From: Chlamydiia bacterium
Lineage (GTDB): Bacteria > Chlamydiota > Chlamydiia > Chlamydiales > GCA-2402025
Assembly (NCBI GenBank): GCA_030427725.1
Contig: JAUICV010000001.1
Location: 797,298-861,297 of the forward strand
Length of the DNA stretch: 64,000 nt
Direction of reading: 5' to 3'
The notes beneath the pieces are model-generated. The model was not told the origin of the DNA and searched no databases. It saw only the letters and a list, made by a program, of their open reading frames with translations. Shown piece by piece: positions 40,402 to 48,573 of the stretch (positions are counted from its first letter, which is position 1; every line of letters starts with the position of its first letter). The translations under genes were made by a program, and so were the position numbers.

Positions 40402-41931
40402 ATGCTAAAATTTATAAAATTTCCTCTCTTTATTTATCTTCTGATTTTTGCTCCAACTTGTTTTTCGCTGACCCAAACTAACACTGTTGCCATTGTAGGG
40501 GCTGGTCCTTCTGGACTAGCAGCTGCCAAATCCGCTAAAGAGGCTGGTCTAGATGTCACAGTTTTTGAAAAAAACAAGGACATCGGAGGATTGCTAAACC
40601 CAAACTTTGGTATTCGATTAAACAATCTCAATTCAAATTTATCTAAGTTTACCCGTTCTTTTTCAGACTTCCCTTGGCCTAAGGAAGCTCCATTAATACC
40701 TTCCCCTATTCAATTACATAATTACTTTAGATCCTATTGTGATCATTTTAACCTAAATACCAACATCCTCCTAAATACATTAGTAACCGATATATCCTTA
40801 GACGAGTTATCTAAAAAGTGGACTGTAAGTTACGTGACGCCTTCCAGTAAGAAGTTAAAAAAACAAACCTTCGATTTTGTCATAATTGCCTCTGGTTCCA
40901 ATTCAGTTGCTAAGTATCCTAATTTAACTATCTCTGACTTTGAGGGAGAAGTCTGTCACGCAAAATTCTATGAAGGAGCTAGTGATTATAAAGATAAAAT
41001 AGTAGCAATTGTAGGTTCTGGCTTCAGCTCTGTAGAAGTCGCATCGAGTCTTTATAGCGAAGCTAAGAAGGTCTACCATTTTGCAAAAAATAATCTTTGG
41101 CTCTCTCCAAAAGCACTCTCCATATCCAACAAAAAAACCCCTATAGATTTAGTGTTCTTTCGCAACTGTATAAAGAATTCCCTACCAAAAGAATTAATTT
41201 GCTCAGATGAAATCCACACATCCAGAATCACACATCAAGATGTTCTGCCATTTCTACACCTTGACCTAAATACAGCCTCTAACCCAACTATTATGGTTAT
41301 ATCAGACATCTATGCAAATTTGATTAATTCCAAACAAGTCACTATCGTTACTGACCCAGTAAGAAGCTTATATAAAAACACTATTATCTGTGATCATAGT
41401 ACATATCATGTCGATGCTATAATTTTCTGTACGGGTTTTCTTTCAAACTTTCCATTTTTCAGTCAAGATATCCTTAAAAAAATCAATTTTAATCCTACTA
41501 GTGACACCCACACACTCCATCTTTATGAATCGATGTTCCACCCAAATCTTCCTAATTTAGCTTTCGTCGGGTTTGAAAAAAATTCATATTCCGGCATTGT
41601 AGAACTTCAAGCAAGATGGGCTATTCTGTCTTTTATCCTTCCTGATATATTTCTTCCAAAAGCAGAGACCCTGAAAAAAGCTCTCTCGGACTCTAAAAAT
41701 CAAATAGTATCCAAAGATTCGATTAAGACTTTTTACGCAAACTATGTATCTCGTCTCAAATTCTTAGCTAAGTCCATTGGCGTTGATCCAGATTTCGATG
41801 ATCCCAAACTAAAAAATTGTCCACTAATTCCCGCTATATTCAGACTAAAAGGGTCTTATGCTACTCCTGAGATTGCAAAGGAAACTATTAATCAGTGTTT
41901 AGAATACTTAAACAAACCGCAACTAGATTAA
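40402..41931 (+). CDS. flavin-containing monooxygenase (class B FMO), copy 2
   Basis: 509 aa, same length as and colinear with copy 1 (roughly half the residues identical by eye). Motifs IVGAGPSGLAAA, FEGEVCHAKFY, IVGSGFSSVEVA and FCTGF. Hydrophobic N-terminus. Confidence 0.8.
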   Translation: MLKFIKFPLFIYLLIFAPTCFSLTQTNTVAIVGAGPSGLAAAKSAKEAGLDVTVFEKNKDIGGLLNPNFGIRLNNLNSNLSKFTRSFSDFPWPKEAPLIPSPIQLHNYFRSYCDHFNLNTNILLNTLVTDISLDELSKKWTVSYVTPSSKKLKKQTFDFVIIASGSNSVAKYPNLTISDFEGEVCHAKFYEGASDYKDKIVAIVGSGFSSVEVASSLYSEAKKVYHFAKNNLWLSPKALSISNKKTPIDLVFFRNCIKNSLPKELICSDEIHTSRITHQDVLPFLHLDLNTASNPTIMVISDIYANLINSKQVTIVTDPVRSLYKNTIICDHSTYHVDAIIFCTGFLSNFPFFSQDILKKINFNPTSDTHTLHLYESMFHPNLPNLAFVGFEKNSYSGIVELQARWAILSFILPDIFLPKAETLKKALSDSKNQIVSKDSIKTFYANYVSRLKFLAKSIGVDPDFDDPKLKNCPLIPAIFRLKGSYATPEIAKETINQCLEYLNKPQLD

Positions 41932-41995
41932 CGTCGTTGAGCTCTTCTTGATCATTCTTCAAACAAATGAACATCTAACCTTTGCAATAGCTAGA

Positions 41996-42296
41996 CGTTG
42001 TATTTTCTAAATCTTTCTTGTATTTACACTAAGCAAATGCAAATTTAACCACCTCTTTTCAAGATGGATGAAAAAGAAGACACCTATTTCAAAAACCTAT
42101 AGTTTCAAGTGATCTAGATAACGTCTTACAAATTTTGCTCAGGAGGATTAGTAAAAACGCCGGTATACAAACTGGTAAATCTCTCCAAATCAACTCAGCC
42201 ATTAAACTTAAAAAAAACAAACTGTTAGCTTTTCTAAAAAGCTCAAGAAGATGGAAATTAGCGGTTTACGATATTTTTATCTGTAAATTTTAACAT
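41996..42296 (+). pseudogene. chimeric gene remnant: 5' copy of ORF 42404 (with its upstream region) joined to a 3' remnant of a DUF2786-like gene
   Basis: 41996..42146 aligns by eye at about 75% with 42333..42486 (ATGGATGAAAAAGAAGACACC... versus ATGGAAGAAAAGCAAGACACC...) but hits a stop after 12 codons. 42150..42240 aligns with 40208..40300 (…KNAGIQTGKSLQINSAIK versus …KNAGIRTGKSLQITPALK). Confidence 0.55.
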
Positions 42297-42315
42297 CAGA
42301 TGTTAAAATTTACAG
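42281..42315. repeat. 35-bp perfect palindrome
   Basis: CTGTAAATTTTAACATC-A-GATGTTAAAATTTACAG: 17-nt arms around a single central base. Lies between the remnant and ORF 42404. Confidence 0.85.
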
Positions 42316-42403
42316 ACCTTTACAATTAGAAGAGTTTGTGTTTTTCTAAATGTTTTGTTTATTTACACTGAACAAAAGCAGCTATAACTGACACTTTTTT
42401 CAG

Positions 42404-42829
42404 ATGGAAGAAAAGCAAGACACCCCATATCAACAACCTTTAGTTTCTAGTTATCTAGATAGCGTTTTACAAATTTTTCTTTGGAGACGTTGCAAAAACT
42501 TTCCAAAACTCACTAGAGCAGTATCTCCTCTTTTAGCATGTCTTTCTGTGCTATTTGATTTTGTTTGTGGAATAGCTTCTATTTTAGAAATTTTTTTCAG
42601 AGGAATATATTTTTTGTTAAACGCCACTTATGCAACCGGTTTTAAACATCTTACTATGTCTCTTGTCGGAGCATTTTGTATTCTTCCTGTAAATCTTCCA
42701 ATGACACTTGTTAGATTTTTCCAAAGAAGTTTTAGACTCATTGTTTCCCCTGAGAAAACTTCTTTAGATCTCCTAGATGAATATATAACTCTTTACTTTG
42801 AGTTCAAAGCTGCAAAATCACCGACTTAA
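42404..42829 (+). CDS. hypothetical membrane protein (Inc-like hydrophobic architecture)
   Basis: 141 aa. A hydrophilic N-terminus of about 35 aa is followed by long hydrophobic stretches (AVSPLLACLSVLFDFVCGIASILEIFF...LTMSLVGAFCILPVNLPMTLV). A decayed paralog lies upstream. Confidence 0.45.
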   Translation: MEEKQDTPYQQPLVSSYLDSVLQIFLWRRCKNFPKLTRAVSPLLACLSVLFDFVCGIASILEIFFRGIYFLLNATYATGFKHLTMSLVGAFCILPVNLPMTLVRFFQRSFRLIVSPEKTSLDLLDEYITLYFEFKAAKSPT

Positions 42830-42937
42830 AAGCTCTTTGAATTGAGCTACCTCAGACTCTAATTTAACACTCGAGGCATCAATTTCTTGAACCTGATGAG
42901 GATTAAGAATTTCAAAATATCTAAGTTTCTTCCCTAA

Positions 42938-43339
42938 CTGTTTCGCTTTCAAAAAAATTTATCTGATCTACAAATCCAAAAACTTGCTAAAGCCTATGTC
43001 CCGGCTGAAGCAAACTATCCTCGTGGATTCCAAGAAATGGTAGAAGATATTAAACAAACAGATCCAAATTTTAGAAAATATTTAGGAGAATCAATCCCAA
43101 AAAAAACATGGATCGATGAAATACAAATTTTACAAAATTTTTCTGCACCCTTAATGTACCTTCTAAGAGAACAAGATGGCTTTATCAATTCCTCAGAATA
43201 TAAAAAGTATCTAATAAAAAATGGCATTGAAACGTCCTGCATCAAGATCCTTCAAGAATCAGGCCATTGTCCTCACCTTAGCATACCTAAAGAATTCACA
43301 GACTGCATTTTGTCATTCATGGATGAACTAAGCCGATAA
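42938..43339 (+). pseudogene. C-terminal remnant of an alpha/beta-hydrolase gene
   Basis: The frame is open only from 42938. It ends with the typical alpha/beta-hydrolase C-terminus carrying the catalytic-His block (ILQESGHCPHLSIPKEFTDCILSFMDE). The nucleophile-elbow half is absent. Confidence 0.45.
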
Positions 43340-43412
43340 AATAAGATCCTTTACAAATCCTCATCCAGCTTAGCCTAGCTGGGCACTCTCTGTTTTTTTA
43401 AAATACTAGATC

Positions 43413-43446
43413 AAAAAAAAAGCAGCTAAGAAATCATCTTAGCTGC
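43413..43446 (-). terminator. rho-independent terminator downstream of tRNA-Asn
   Basis: Perfect 10-bp stem GCAGCTAAGA/TCTTAGCTGC with a 5-nt loop. On the minus strand it is followed by T9. Confidence 0.65.
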
Positions 43447-43460
43447 CTTTAAAATACAAA

Positions 43461-43532
43461 CTCCGGATGTAAGATTCGAACTTACGACCAACGGATTAAC
43501 AGTCCGCTGCTCTACCGCTGAGCTAATCCGGA
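43461..43532 (-). tRNA. tRNA-Asn (anticodon GTT)
   Basis: Minus-strand 72 nt: TCCGGAT-TA-GCTC-AGCGGTA-GAGC-A-GCGGA-CTGTTAA-TCCGT-TGGTC-GTAAG-TTCGAAT-CTTAC-ATCCGGA-G. This is a complete cloverleaf with a 7-bp acceptor stem and a GTTCGAAT T-loop. CCA is not encoded. Confidence 0.9.
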
Positions 43533-43962
43533 ATAGTGCCCCAGATCTTAGCCTAAGGCAATCTTTTTAAGCAATAGTTGATTTTTCTATTTCTATAGAG
43601 AATCTAATAAAATTCGACAAAAGCTCACTTATATAGCTATCGAAAGAGATTTTGTGAGAATTTATTGATTCAACACCTTTTTTCAACCCACTGATATTAA
43701 AGTTTTTAACAATAGAGATTAAACATTTTACAACCACTCTATATTTAATGTAAAATATATAATTAAAATATTTTTTACTATATATATCTAGCAAGTATCT
43801 TTTGTTTAACATTAGATTGTTTAACTTAAATAAGCTTAATGATACAATATATAATAATTTTTTCAAAAGACTGCAATAGCCTTTTGTTACGCTGGGAATG
43901 GCTTTTAACGTATGGAGTTACATACATATAATTTTTAATACATAAAAAAAATAGGAGAGTTT

Positions 43963-44901
43963 ATGTCATCAGTACATGAGCAACCAATATTAAATGCAGA
44001 GCAGTTAACTCAGGTCCAAGAACATATAGTTAGCTTACAAGGTAATATCGAAGAAAAAGCTGCAACCATTAACGATCTTCAATTAAAGGTTCATCACCTA
44101 GAAGCGCGAAGTGATGACCTGCTAGGACAGCTTGACAGTTCTGAAGTAGCAAGGTCCGAACTAGAAGAGACTATTGACTCACAAAAAGCAGAACTATTAG
44201 AGCATCAAAAGGAACTTAAAAACCTTCACTCTCAATTAAAAGAGAAAACAATAACTATATCTGAAATGCAGACAAGCATAGAAGAACAAGAAGCGCTTAA
44301 TAGTGAAGATTCTGAAAAACTCTCTTTATTACAGAGTACAATTACTGATTTGAATGACGAGGTCAAATCCTTAAATGGCGATATTGGTGCAAAAAAATCT
44401 GAAATATTTAAATTAGAGAAGGAATTAAATCGTTTAGAATCTTCAAGCGAAGAGCAAGTAACTCTTTTAAATGGTCGTGTTGAAAACCTTACAGCAAGCT
44501 TACAAGTAGCTCATGATGAAATAACATCAAAAGCTGAACAAATTAAGCAGTTAAAAGCTGTTTTAAGTGAAAGAGCTGATACCATCGACGAACAAGCCGG
44601 TAAAATTTCAGAGCTTCAAAGAGCTTCTTCTCCAGACGCTTCAGGTCGCGATTCAGGAGTTGCTACTCCTCCAACACTAGACACTTCAATAACCTTAGCT
44701 GATGAAATGACTGTTCAAACACAAACAGATGAAATTAGAGCGCTAAAAGAGGAGCTAGAAAAAACGAAAACACAACTTGCTGCTGCAAATAAAGCTAATG
44801 CAGCTTTTCAAAAATCAAGCACATGCGATATGACAAAATTTGGACTAGCTGCTCTCGGCGGATTTGTTGTCTCAGGCTTGACAGCTTACGCAATTAAATA
44901 A
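43963..44901 (+). CDS. tail-anchored coiled-coil protein
   Basis: 312 aa. About 220 aa of heptad-like E/K/L/Q-rich sequence, a Ser/Pro/Thr linker (SSPDASGRDSGVATPPTLD), a second short coil, and a single TM at the extreme C-terminus (FGLAALGGFVVSGLTAYAIK). Confidence 0.6.
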   Translation: MSSVHEQPILNAEQLTQVQEHIVSLQGNIEEKAATINDLQLKVHHLEARSDDLLGQLDSSEVARSELEETIDSQKAELLEHQKELKNLHSQLKEKTITISEMQTSIEEQEALNSEDSEKLSLLQSTITDLNDEVKSLNGDIGAKKSEIFKLEKELNRLESSSEEQVTLLNGRVENLTASLQVAHDEITSKAEQIKQLKAVLSERADTIDEQAGKISELQRASSPDASGRDSGVATPPTLDTSITLADEMTVQTQTDEIRALKEELEKTKTQLAAANKANAAFQKSSTCDMTKFGLAALGGFVVSGLTAYAIK

Positions 44902-44930
44902 TGTAAATTCTCACTCAAAACCATGAGACT

Positions 44931-44961
44931 TGGGCCAGCTTAAAAACTGGCCCATTTTTTT
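44931..44961 (+). terminator. rho-independent terminator
   Basis: Stem TGGGCCAG/CTGGCCCA, 8-nt loop, T7. Confidence 0.65.
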
Positions 44962-45046
44962 ATCCTTACTATAACGCCAGGTTTGGCTTTGCTCAATTAT
45001 GCATATCACTGCTATCTTAGTCAGAGATTTTTCGAAGGTATAGATT

Positions 45047-47215
45047 ATGGCAGTGCAAGAGGTAGAAGAGCATACCCTTTATGGGAGTATTGAAAATATC
45101 GTATTTTCAAGTGATGAGACCGGATTTACGGTAGCAAGTCTTAAATCCTCAGATTCAGATGATTTAATCTCATTAGTTGGAATTATGCCAACCATTCAAG
45201 CTGGAGAGGCCATTTTTTGCAAAGGCCTATGGAAATATCATCCTAGACACGGTCGACAGTTTGAAGTTAAAAGCTATGAGCAAAAAGAACCTATAGACAT
45301 TGCTGGCATCCAGAAGTATTTAGAGTCGGGCCTTATAAAGGGCATAGGTCCAACATACGCCAGACGTATCGTTTCCAAGTTTGGTCTAAATACCTTAAAA
45401 ATCATCGATGAAAGTCCAAAACGTTTATCAGAGATCGAAGGAATAGGAAAACGTCGAATAGATCAAATCATTAAAAACTGGGGAGACCAAAAATCCCTAA
45501 GAGATGTCATGATCTTTTTACAGACGCACCAAGTCAGACCTTCTTTAGCACAAAAAATTTATAAAATATATGGGGACAAAAGCATTGAAAAAGTCAAAGA
45601 CAACCCCTATGCCCTTGCTAGAACAATTTTTGGTGTAGGATTCAAGACAGCTGATACTATAGCTCAAAGCTTGAGCATTCCCAAAAATTCACCTAAAAGA
45701 ATTGAAGCTGCTATTGAATACTGCCTTTGGGAGTTGTCCTCTCAAGGCCATGTTTGTTACCCCTTTGAGGAACTTAAAGAAGAAGTCGCAAAGCTCTTAG
45801 AATTAGATGCTGATTTAATTCCTCCTTGTTTAGAAAGTTTAGAGCATAACCAAAGAGTGGTCATAAAAGCCCTAGACGATGGGACCCGTTTTGTTTTTGT
45901 TACTCCCCTATATTTTTCAGAAATTGGGATTGCCAAAGAAATTGAACGGATAAAACAAGGATCGTGTTGTATCCGAGATATAGATTTAGAAAAAGGAGCT
46001 CTTTGGATCGAGAGCAAAATGAGAATTAAATTAGCCGAGCAGCAAAAAAAGGCCTTGCAAGAGGCTTTTAAACAGAAATTTCTCATTATTACTGGAGGCC
46101 CTGGAACAGGAAAAAGCACCATCACAAATGGTATTTTGAAAATCAGTGAAAAGCTTACATCAAAGATATTGCTAGCAGCTCCAACTGGAAGAGCTGCAAA
46201 AAGATTATCTGAGATCACCTGGAAGAAAGCTTTTACAATCCATGCCTTACTTGAGTTCGACTTTACGAGTAGAGGTTTTAAAAAAGACAAAGATAATCCC
46301 TTAAAGTGTGACCTCTTGATTGTCGACGAAGCCTCGATGATTGACACACAGCTGATGTATAATTTACTAAAAGCTATTCCAGACAATGCCCGAGTGATCT
46401 TTATAGGAGATGTTGACCAGCTTCCAAGTGTTGGTCCTGGATGCGTTTTAAAAGACATGATAGATTCTGAAACCCTTCCCGTTCAATTTCTATCACACAT
46501 TTATAGACAAGCCAAAGGCTCAAAAATTATCACAAATTCCCATAGCATTAACAAGGGATATTTCCCCGATCTTTCGAATCCACCTGGAACAGATTTTATT
46601 TATATTGAATCCGACGATCCTGAAGATATTTGCCAAAAGATTTTACATCTCACCTGTGATGAACTGCCTAGAAAATATGGTTTTAATACATTCCAAGACA
46701 TACAAGTTCTATCCCCAATGAAAAAAGGAGGAGCTGGTACAGAAAACCTCAACCACCTACTCCAAAAACATCTCACCCCTTCTAAAACTCCCCTATTAAA
46801 AATGGGAAGAGAGTTTCATCTAGGTGACAAGGTCATGCAGATCAAAAACAATTATGATAAGAAAGTTTACAACGGTGATGTTGGAATCATTGAAGCAATC
46901 GACACTATAGATCAAGAGATTAGGGTAATTTTTGACAAAGAGTCTGTTATCTATGATTTTTCCGAGCTTGACGAGCTGATCTTAGCGTATGCTGTGTCTA
47001 TCCACAAATATCAAGGAAGTGAGTGTCCCTGTATTATCATGCCAATCCACACCTCTCATTTTAAACTCTTATTTAAAAACCTTCTCTACACTGGAATCAC
47101 TCGAGGAAAAAAATTGGTGATCATTGTAGGCTCAAAAAAAGCTTTAGCAATAGCTATCAAAAATGACAAAAGTTTAAAAAGGCATAGTGGGCTAAAACAC
47201 TTCCTCACTCATTAA
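45047..47215 (+). CDS. recD: RecD2-type SF1B DNA helicase
   Basis: 722 aa. Walker A ITGGPGTGKST, Walker B LIVDEASMID, GDVDQLPSVGPG, and the C-terminal SIHKYQGSE / YTGITRGKK blocks. Confidence 0.9.
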   Translation: MAVQEVEEHTLYGSIENIVFSSDETGFTVASLKSSDSDDLISLVGIMPTIQAGEAIFCKGLWKYHPRHGRQFEVKSYEQKEPIDIAGIQKYLESGLIKGIGPTYARRIVSKFGLNTLKIIDESPKRLSEIEGIGKRRIDQIIKNWGDQKSLRDVMIFLQTHQVRPSLAQKIYKIYGDKSIEKVKDNPYALARTIFGVGFKTADTIAQSLSIPKNSPKRIEAAIEYCLWELSSQGHVCYPFEELKEEVAKLLELDADLIPPCLESLEHNQRVVIKALDDGTRFVFVTPLYFSEIGIAKEIERIKQGSCCIRDIDLEKGALWIESKMRIKLAEQQKKALQEAFKQKFLIITGGPGTGKSTITNGILKISEKLTSKILLAAPTGRAAKRLSEITWKKAFTIHALLEFDFTSRGFKKDKDNPLKCDLLIVDEASMIDTQLMYNLLKAIPDNARVIFIGDVDQLPSVGPGCVLKDMIDSETLPVQFLSHIYRQAKGSKIITNSHSINKGYFPDLSNPPGTDFIYIESDDPEDICQKILHLTCDELPRKYGFNTFQDIQVLSPMKKGGAGTENLNHLLQKHLTPSKTPLLKMGREFHLGDKVMQIKNNYDKKVYNGDVGIIEAIDTIDQEIRVIFDKESVIYDFSELDELILAYAVSIHKYQGSECPCIIMPIHTSHFKLLFKNLLYTGITRGKKLVIIVGSKKALAIAIKNDKSLKRHSGLKHFLTH

Positions 47216-47313
47216 ATGGATAGAGCTTCTAAAAACCCTTCATTTTTTCTTTCCTTTGAGTTAGTATTTTCGAGCTAATCAAAAATTTTCATGCTTAAAA
47301 GGAATTAATCTCT

Positions 47314-48543
47314 GTGTCATTTCAACCAAATCTATATCCATACATGCCCGTCTGTTGGCAAACCCCATTCACTGTTTACCCACCACAAGTTAGACTTTCA
47401 GAGCAAGACAGAAAAATTCAAACGATTGCAAACCATCTATTTCCTAACCTAGATGTTCCTGCTCAAAATTTAAAAGATGCCTTAAGTGGCTTTGAAATCA
47501 TAAAATTTTTGGGGAAAGGCGGCAGTGCAGTTGTTATTAAAGTCAAACTGAGTGAACAAGAAATGGCTTTAAAGATTGCAGTTAGTTCTTCTCTAAATGG
47601 CCTTCTGGAATTAGAATCTATTAACCACGAGCGCCTTTATGAAACTTGTCCAGAGTTTATTCTTAAGCCAAATCAGCTCTTTAATATTGCCATTCGTAAC
47701 CAATTCGGTGCTGTCTATACCAGATCTGTACTTCCAATGAAAGTCGGAGGACAAACACTTTTTGATGTATTTCTTTCCAAAGATACTCCTAGAGTTGTTC
47801 CTTTTTTTGAGATCATCTCTTTTACTTCACAATACTTAGATTTCTGTCAAAAACTAGAGGATAATGGTTTAGCAAAAGCCGACATCCACCCTAGAAATAT
47901 TTTGTGCGAAGGGCACCCAGAAGGGTTGAAGTATAAATTCATAGACCACGTTGAAGTCGGTGAAATAAATCAAGATGCTCCAGGTCCTTATATGGTGACA
48001 AGAAACTTTAGAGCGCCTTCTGTTTATTTAGGTAAACACACACGATCTAATTATATGTTTCCTCTAGGCTGTATTCTTTATCAACTTATTACGGGAAGAT
48101 ATTTATTTACTACTGAACTAAAAGAAGAACCTAAAAGCAGTAGAATGCTACGCCACTTAAACAAAACATTTCTTTTTTGTGAAACACCTCCTAAAGAGTT
48201 TTTAGGTCTTTTGTTCGGACAGTTCCCTGAGCTACAATCAGATAATCCATCTCACAAATGCACCCCCTTTAAACCTATATTTGACAGCTTTATTGATTAT
48301 CAGGGTAATGCAAGAGGTGATGCGCTTGGTAAAATACAAGAAGCTATGAATCACTCTATTAATAAGCATACTCTTTTATATTTGCCAGAAGACAAGGAAG
48401 CCAGAAGACAACTCAGCTTTGATTTACTAGAACTAATAGTATTGCTTACAAATTACACAAACCCTCCGTCGTTATCTGATATCAGGAACCACAAGGTCTT
48501 AAAAAACTATAATTGGGAAAACCCGTTAATAGAAAGTGCTTAA
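47314..48543 (+). CDS. atypical eukaryotic-like protein kinase domain protein
   Basis: 409 aa. Gly-rich loop LGKGGSAVVIKV, Lys block MALKIA, catalytic loop KADIHPRNIL (D..P.N retained, HRD lost), IDH in place of DFG, FRAPSVY in place of APE. GTG start. Confidence 0.6.
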   Translation: MSFQPNLYPYMPVCWQTPFTVYPPQVRLSEQDRKIQTIANHLFPNLDVPAQNLKDALSGFEIIKFLGKGGSAVVIKVKLSEQEMALKIAVSSSLNGLLELESINHERLYETCPEFILKPNQLFNIAIRNQFGAVYTRSVLPMKVGGQTLFDVFLSKDTPRVVPFFEIISFTSQYLDFCQKLEDNGLAKADIHPRNILCEGHPEGLKYKFIDHVEVGEINQDAPGPYMVTRNFRAPSVYLGKHTRSNYMFPLGCILYQLITGRYLFTTELKEEPKSSRMLRHLNKTFLFCETPPKEFLGLLFGQFPELQSDNPSHKCTPFKPIFDSFIDYQGNARGDALGKIQEAMNHSINKHTLLYLPEDKEARRQLSFDLLELIVLLTNYTNPPSLSDIRNHKVLKNYNWENPLIESA

Positions 48544-48573
48544 AAGCTTACTCTAAAATCGGTGAAACTTAAG

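Noticed and set aside
36375-43532. Intact integrative element at tRNA-Asn
   Set aside because: I saw no integrase or recombinase gene, and no direct repeat of the tRNA 3' end. Only circumstantial signs remain (remnants, duplications, a DUF2786 gene), so it is reported only as a weak hypothesis.
43567-43866. 99-aa ORF in the extremely AT-rich region upstream of tRNA-Asn
   Set aside because: The translation is Asn/Ile/Lys/Tyr/Phe-rich and low-complexity, with no start context or motif. It is more likely promoter/spacer DNA. A small real protein cannot be fully excluded.
45757-46458. 233-aa ORF antisense to the RecD2 helicase gene
   Set aside because: It lies entirely inside a well-supported helicase CDS on the opposite strand. 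Its low-complexity Ser/Lys/Phe-rich translation is typical of a shadow ORF in an AT-rich genome.
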